NCBI GenBank assembly: GCA_964016885.1
Contig: OZ024762.1
Coordinates: forward strand, 10,292,001-10,356,000
Length of the DNA stretch: 64,000 bases
Reading direction: 5' to 3'
Source: Eledone cirrhosa
Lineage: Eukaryota
The notes below the pieces were generated by a model. The model did no database searches. It had not been told where the DNA came from and saw only the letters and a program-made list of their open reading frames with translations. Position numbers and translations under genes: made by a program. Positions within the stretch are counted from its first letter, which is position 1. The number at the start of each line of letters is the position of its first letter. Shown here one piece after another: positions 61,980 to 64,000 of the stretch.

Positions 61980-62092
61980 AAGTCAACACAACTCGCAACA
62001 TTACCACGGTTGATGGCGAGTCTAAGGCGTTGAAACAACCAAACACCCTCACGAGCATCACTTGACACTTCAGTAAGGCGACTCACCAGTGT
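61980..62092 (-). pseudogene. C-terminal fragment of an RLE-type (CRE-like) non-LTR retrotransposon ORF
   Basis: LVSRLTEVSSDAREGVWLFQRLRLAINRGNVASC resembles the D.RE..L.QRLS.A.QRGNA tail motif. Confidence 0.6.
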
Positions 62093-62480
62093 GTCTTGTT
62101 GGTAAAACATGTATAGATTCTAATGGTTTATATTTCGATCAATAAAGTTTATACTGGACTTAGATATGTCGTTTTAAAGTTAATGTTTAAAAACCTGCAT
62201 TTATTTCTGAACAACTTGATAGGAACGATTGAAAAAATATCTCAAATGATTGAAACCCTTAAAAAGTAAAAAGTATATATATAAAAAAAGCTTAAATAGT
62301 TTAGGGATTACCTGCTTTCATCTGGACACAGCTAAAGGGTGTTTCAGTTTTGAAATTACGATAGTCCCGACTTGCCATATTCAGACAGCAACTCTCTAAT
62401 GGTTTCTTTACCTTTTCTATAGAGCTCTCCCTTCCGGAAGGGACACCATTTTTACACGCACACGCGCGCGCACACATATA

Positions 62481-62668
62481 TGGATTGGCAGTATCGGTAG
62501 AGAGTCGGATGCCAAGCTTTGCAGCATAGAGTTACGGCCCTTTATGATCTGAGTTCAAATCCCCCCGAGGTTAACTTTGCATTTCATCCTTACGGGGTCG
62601 ATAAAATAAAGTACCAGTAATGCACTGGGTTATTGCTGGCATTGTGCCAAAAGTAGAAACAATTATTA
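62481..62668 (+). mobile_element. SINE (main family)
   Basis: A and B boxes, central domain. Confidence 0.85.
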
Positions 62669-62679
62669 TTACAGTTATA

Positions 62680-62957
62680 AGTTTGAGGAAAGAATTTCTG
62701 CTTTCACATAAACGGGATCTTCTGAAACTAAACTTTAATCTGTACTACTAATAAATATTTGCTCTACGGGTTTATATATATTTTTATATATACAGAGGGA
62801 ACCTCAAAAATGTATACACACTTTGTATAGGCAAAATTTATTAGAATGCCGTTAAAGTGTGTAGACATTTTTAGGGGACATCCTTTATATATAAGCCTTA
62901 TTGAGCCCTCTTCGGATTTTGTTATTTGTATTTATTATTGCTATATACATACATACA

Positions 62958-63035
<78 letters not shown>

Positions 63036-63081
63036 AATATATATATATATATATATATGAATATATATATATATATAAATA

Positions 63082-63140
<59 letters not shown>

Positions 63141-63340
63141 AAATATTCACTACTGCGTTCACAGATTGACTTTGTTAGTTTCAGAAGTTCCCATTAAGGG
63201 TGAAAGCAGCGATTCTTTGCTTAAACTTTAATCTGTTATTTTAATAAATATTTGCTCTACGGTTCTTATATATTTGATATATATTTATCCTTATCGAGCC
63301 CTCTTTGGATTTTAGCCTTCACATTTATTATTATTACTAT
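62680..63340. mobile_element. Family E remnants with hammerhead-like folds at 62680-62729 (-) and 63177-63227 (+)
   Basis: Shared aactttaatctgt..taataaatatttgctctacgg tail; homologous to 34086-34160. Confidence 0.55.
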
Positions 63341-63397
63341 ATATATAGAGAGAGAGACACACACACACGCAATCACACACACACATATATATATACA

Positions 63398-63469
<72 letters not shown>

Positions 63470-64000
63470 GTATAGTACATTTATAGCCGAGACTAAGTAA
63501 GTGACATAGTGACTACTTTAAAACTCATAGCGAATGGTCTTCTAAATGTTTTTAATTAAACATACAGTATATTGCCAAATATACTATACATACATTCATA
63601 TATACATCGTTATTTCAGAGCACCAATCCTAATATATAGTGGCAGACTGGCCAGGTTGCCAGGTTGCCAGGTTGCCCAATGACAAGTGAGCCCCAGGGGG
63701 CCCACGGTAGCATTGCAAGAGCCCACAGTAGCATTGCAGGACCCACTGTAGTATTTTAGGGGCCAATGCTTTGCTTTCAAAAAATACCTGAAATCTAAGA
63801 GAAAGAATAAAATTAAAATAAAAAATAAATAAAACAATTAATCAAAGTATTTGGTCAACGAATTCCGACCTTAGAAAGACATGAACGACACCACAACTGA
63901 AAGTAGGTTTATAAGTATGAATTTTCACAAGATTTTCGTATTCTTCTCTGTGGCCTAATGGTGGGTACTAGAGTCGGTGGAGATCCTGGACCTTGGGTTC

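Overview
Eukaryotic, gene-poor DNA saturated with repeats. The SINE families and extreme (TA)n/(CA)n/(GATA)n content suggest an octopus or other cephalopod (inference). Nearly all ORFs in the supplied track are microsatellite artefacts, and no intact host gene is supported; there are only weak candidate exons. The window holds tRNA-derived SINEs, decayed RTE-type LINE fragments, stacks of L1/Tx1-type 3' fragments bounded by (GATA)n, TTAA/piggyBac-type MITE remnants, and several minisatellites amplified from pieces of these elements. The main signal is a set of at least five families of short non-coding elements, mostly embedded in (TA)n. They carry minimal type-I hammerhead ribozyme folds (CUGANGA-stem II-GAAA-short stem III-NUH-stem I) with compensatory changes between copies, often as ~140-170 bp inverted repeats placing one hammerhead on each strand. 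This matches Penelope-like pseudo-LTR remnants. A 3.4 kb array is made of the 15-nt terminus of one such family plus variable (AT)n. All folds were assessed by eye; none was computed or tested.
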